DNA of 64,000 nucleotides from Massalongia carnosa (Eukaryota): NCBI GenBank assembly GCA_965645245.1, contig OZ287085.1, positions 1,240,001 to 1,304,000 of the forward strand, read 5' to 3'. Shown piece by piece: positions 60,129 to 64,000 of this stretch (position 1 is its first letter; each line of letters starts with the position of its first letter). The notes under the pieces were generated by a model. It saw only the letters and a program-made list of their open reading frames with translations, ran no database searches and was not told where the DNA came from. The position numbers and the translations under genes were made by a program.

Positions 60129-61064
60129 TCAACTGCTCACTGTGGGAGTTGTAGTGACTGTGGTGCCTGGAGTTGACGTGGTGACTTCTGGCTTGGAGTT
60201 CTTTTGTCTCTTGACCCTCCCTGATTCAGCCGTGTCTCCTCTCGCCCGTTTTAGATGGGGGAATTTCTGGAAACACTCATCTGGCCAATGTCGTGTTCTG
60301 TTCCTATTTACACACTCTGGAACGGTGCAACTTCCGATAGGTGCTCTACCTCTGTTGGAAGCGCCAGTGTGAAAAGCCTTGACAGTTAGGTTTCGTGCAT
60401 AGGCTATGAGGATTTTTGTTGTTTCCGAAAGGTTTGTGGTGTCGTGCGTCCAGTCCCTGCGGAGTTGTGCAATGAGCGGGTCATACTTGTCTGTGCAGTT
60501 ACCAAGCAGCATTCCCTGAAGTACAAACTCTATGGAGTCGACGTTCACCTTGACCTCTTCGATCAACATGCCCTTGATCTGATTGAAGGCACCGTCATAC
60601 TCTGAACAGTATTGACTGACTGTGTCGAAGTCTCTCATCTTTTTCGTACTAACCCTCAAGATGACATCCGTGATGCTCATTGGTGCCACGTCCTGGAATC
60701 TATTCTTCAGAATGGCCCACATCTCGGCAGCGGTCTTGTTATTGATGAGGTTGTAGTGACATGGTGCAACCAGTTCATGGATGATTCCAATAGCCTTGGT
60801 CATCTCGGTTTTCTGTCTGTTCTTATCATCCCGAAGTTCTTTGACGAGGATGCTGGTAGTAAGACTGGCCGGAGTAAACCCTGATACGATGAGGCTCTCT
60901 CTGATGGAGTCCAATGAGATCTCTGGTTGGATTTCCAGAATGGCTGTGTCACAGTTATTCTTCAGCAGAATACCTCTGGTGTAACTAGCCCATGCTGAGT
61001 AGTGTTCCGAGTTCTCTAGAAGGTGAGGCTTCTCTGTAGAACTGTTGATGTCAGGAAGAGACAT
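60129..61064 (-). CDS. gag of copia family 5
   Basis: 311-aa ORF homologous to the family-2 gag fragments, with a Cys/His motif CTVPEC...HWPDEC. Ends in TGA. Confidence 0.85.
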   Translation of the reverse strand: MSLPDINSSTEKPHLLENSEHYSAWASYTRGILLKNNCDTAILEIQPEISLDSIRESLIVSGFTPASLTTSILVKELRDDKNRQKTEMTKAIGIIHELVAPCHYNLINNKTAAEMWAILKNRFQDVAPMSITDVILRVSTKKMRDFDTVSQYCSEYDGAFNQIKGMLIEEVKVNVDSIEFVLQGMLLGNCTDKYDPLIAQLRRDWTHDTTNLSETTKILIAYARNLTVKAFHTGASNRGRAPIGSCTVPECVNRNRTRHWPDECFQKFPHLKRARGDTAESGRVKRQKNSKPEVTTSTPGTTVTTTPTVSS

Positions 61065-61499
61065 GATGAAGTCAGATGAAGAGAGTCAGATGAAGATGAA
61101 GAAGAGGTCTCTAGTAAACTTCTGTAGATTGAAAGGTATCTAAGTTTCTGAGATTGGTGCAGGAGTAGGATGTGCACTGGAATGAATGGAGGAGATTGGG
61201 AATATGTAATCTAGTTATAGACAAAACATTTCCTTTCCTTTGTCATCAAACTGTGATGTTCCTTTCTTTGCCACAACGCTTGTACCCGCATGAAAGAACT
61301 CTCTTCAGATGGTGAAACTTTCACTTGGTGGTGTGGAGATAGGCTGTCGGAACCACGGTCCGACCGTTCCATTTAATAGGCCGGGCCTGTTAAATGGAAT
61401 AAGGTTTTTTCCGGATTCCGAATTTCCCGATTGAGGCGTTCTGCTTAATTGAAGTCTGATTACTCCATCTGTATACGCGTAGACTAGTCAGAAAGTCTG

Positions 61500-62212
61500 T
61501 TGATGAATGATGCAGCAAGGATCAAACCTTGGAACTGAATTTCCGAAGTCTGTCTCTGGATCAAAGTATGTTGAGTGGTGATGCAGCAAAAGTCAGAATG
61601 AAGTCTGCCCTTGGGTCAACGTCAGTCATTTGATGATTCAGCAGAAATCGGACCCTGAAAGATAGTTTAGATGGTCGGTCTCTGGGTCAAAGTAAGTTGA
61701 GTGGTGATGCAGCAAAAGTCAGAATGAAGTCTGCCCTTGGGTCAACGTCAGTCAATTGATGATTCAGCAGAAATCAGAGTTTCATGAGTGGTCAAGGCCG
61801 CGCTGCGCGGTTTTTGAACAAAACTCAGTGAAAAGGTCTGTTCCTGGGTCAAAGTCAAATGAATGATGATGCAGCAGAGGTCAATCGTTGGAACTGGTCC
61901 ACTGGAGTTCTGTCTCTGGGTCAAAGTCAAATGAATGATGATGCAGCAGAGGTCACTCATTGGAACTGGTCCACTGGAGTTCTGTCTCTGGGTCAAAGTC
62001 AAATGAATAATGATGCAGCAGAGGTCACTCATTGGAACTGGTCCACTGGAGTCTGTCTCTGGGTCAATGTCAAATGAGTGATGATGCAGCAGAGGTCAAA
62101 CCTTGGAGCTAGTCCACTGGAGTCTGCCTCTGGGTCAAAAGTCAAATGGATGGTGCTGCAGCAGAGGTCAAACAATGGAATTGGTCCACTGGAGTCTGCC
62201 TCTGGGTCAACG
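61500..62212. repeat. ~72-bp tandem array plus diverged copies in the 5' leader of copia family 5
   Basis: Unit ATGATGCAGCAGAGGTCA...GGAACTGGTCCACTGGAGTTCTGTCTCTGGGTCAAAGTCAAATG, about 5 copies at 61836-62212. More diverged copies lie at 61500-61775. Confidence 0.85.
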
Positions 62213-64000
62213 TCATCCTCCGGAGTGCCTCTCAGATATTCGGGCATGAGAGCATTCTGATGGTCTGATATGAAGAGAATGTCTTCTGATGCTTGTAGTC
62301 TGGCAAAGAGCCTCTCTGCTTATAATGTAGATGATTTCCATGCTCTTTCTGATAACCCTTTGTAGGTAGGGAACGCTGGATCAGGTGGCGTTGTTGTTAA
62401 ACGTCTCTATCTGATTGAGAGGTTGTCATGATGTGCTTTCACGAAGCTGTTCAACTAGCTAGACTTGCGGGTGCGAATCCCGCCTGATTCAGGTCTGTAA
62501 ACAAGTAGAGATTTAGTCTTTGCATTGTCCATCTAGTTCTTTTCGAGAAAGGATAATGATGCTCAGCTAATGATTTTGCATCGTGATGCTGCGGATAAGA
62601 ATTGCTTCGATTCCTGTATGATCGATAGCGCCCTTCCGGGCTCATAACCTGTTGAATAGGTCTATGACTATGGCTATATGACTATGTAAAGATAGGGGCC
62701 TGTATGACCATGATGTTAAGGATGCAGAGTTGCTACGGAGTGCAGAGCAATCTGTTCCTTTTATCTTGGTCACCTCTGCTAAGCGAGATGATAATAGTTT
62801 ATCCGACTAGGCAATGCTGGTAGAAGTTGAACATTCAACACGAGAGCTCGATCTGGAATATATCTTCACAGTATTCGCGAATGAGAGGGGGACAGTTAAA
62901 GTTTTCTTTTCAAAGAATTTCGTTAAAGCATGCGAAAAAAACGGTTTCTTTCAGTGTTGTATTTTATAGAGTCATGAACTTATTGCATGCGTATAAAACT
63001 GGACCACGAGTAACATTTAGTTTACTTTGAATTTCGATGCAGGGAACTTAAAATAAAAGAGCTATTTGAATAACTAATCGTTGATCACGAAAAGATGAAT
63101 TATTGTATTCTTTTCGAGAAGATAATTCTATTGCGACAACAAAATCAATGCGGCGAAAGCAACTACGAGATTTACATATTTTGAAAATCAGCATCAGTTC
63201 GAGAAGATTCTACTGATTTAATTAGTCAACTTATTATTGTATGCTCCCCTGCACCCTCTTATATAAAAAAACCCATGTTCTTATGATTGTTCAAGGGAGG
63301 GGATAATAGAGTCGGGTTATGTCGTTGAATCGGGTTCGGACTTCTAACACGAGATTAATCCGATTTGCTCGGTCGGACATGCGTCATGTTCGAAATCGTC
63401 CGATATTATCGGATTAGAAGTGCGGGCCGACTGCAAATCTAATCTAACGGTTATTCTATGCAGACTTTTTAAAGTACTGTAGATATTAAATCAACAAAGT
63501 TACAGTTTTTTAAAATTGCAGTTCGACTCGTGACTTTATACTTGTCTGATAAATAACATATCGAATACGGCTTTTTTATGCGGGTTTCCGGGTTAAATCG
63601 TTTTACTCGATTAGTTTTTTTTGCAAATTTAGTTTGAAAATCCAACAAAAATATTGTCATAGAATTACCTCGCACCCTCTTACGTTTCCTGATCGGGTTA
63701 GTATTTAACAGGATCTCTTGCCATGAAACTTGCCCTGTATGTTGAATGGAACCGTGGCCCGTTATTCCGAACTATCCTGAAACCTCACCCCATTGTTCAG
63801 ACGTTCTTCCGCTGCCTTCAGTGCACTCCCAAACTCCTATATCCCGAATCCAATCTCAACGTCTCCACTATCCAAGCCTACGACTGGGATTGCCTAGCAG
63901 AGAGAGATTGTTTCGGCATGGAGAAAGGCGGAACAGGTCAAAGCGATCATGGTTAGGAAATTAGAACAGGAACAGAGATGAGGGCAAGTCAAGAATAGGG

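Larger units (their letters stand above)
56573..62840 (-). mobile_element. Full-length Ty1/copia element (family 5, related to family 2); LTRs 56573-56763 and 62650-62840; TSD CGAGA
   Basis: 191-bp LTRs that read as identical, PBS GGTTATGAGCCC, PPT GAGGGAGGG, and gag and pol ORFs. Confidence 0.96.

Noticed and set aside
61748..62260. Cys-rich repeat ORFs (MSDLCCIIIHL...)
   Set aside because: They are a by-product of a 72-bp tandem array in a copia leader, with no signal peptide or consistent frame.
54230..63280. Degenerate inverted match between 54230-54264 and 63244-63279 as TIRs of one large element
   Set aside because: The match is only about three-quarters identical over ~35 bp of partly low-complexity sequence, with no TSD or transposase between the two sites.

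Overview
Filamentous-ascomycete (Pezizomycotina-type) genomic DNA, dominated by transposons and surrounding a ~14 kb island of host genes (19.1-33.2 kb). Left flank: a Ty1/copia element cut by the window edge, two solo LTRs, a decayed copia element with identical LTRs, a Mutator-like fragment and a 5'-truncated Tad1-like LINE. Island: an FAD-dependent monooxygenase, a 46-aa secreted-peptide gene hidden by an intron, a divergently transcribed five-exon UstYa/DUF3328 oxidase with two HXXHC motifs, a PTH11-like membrane protein, an acyltransferase-3 gene, an LTR/gag remnant and an AflR-like Zn2Cys6 regulator carrying four lesions. Right flank: four pogo/Fot1 transposons (three of them in a nest that also holds two full-length copia elements), solo LTRs and a further full-length copia with an in-frame UGA between gag and pol. 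The best candidate for a new system is the peptide/UstYa pair, a possible single-core fungal RiPP locus without Kex2 repeats. All calls come from reading motifs, splice sites, TSDs and TIRs by eye; no database searches were run.
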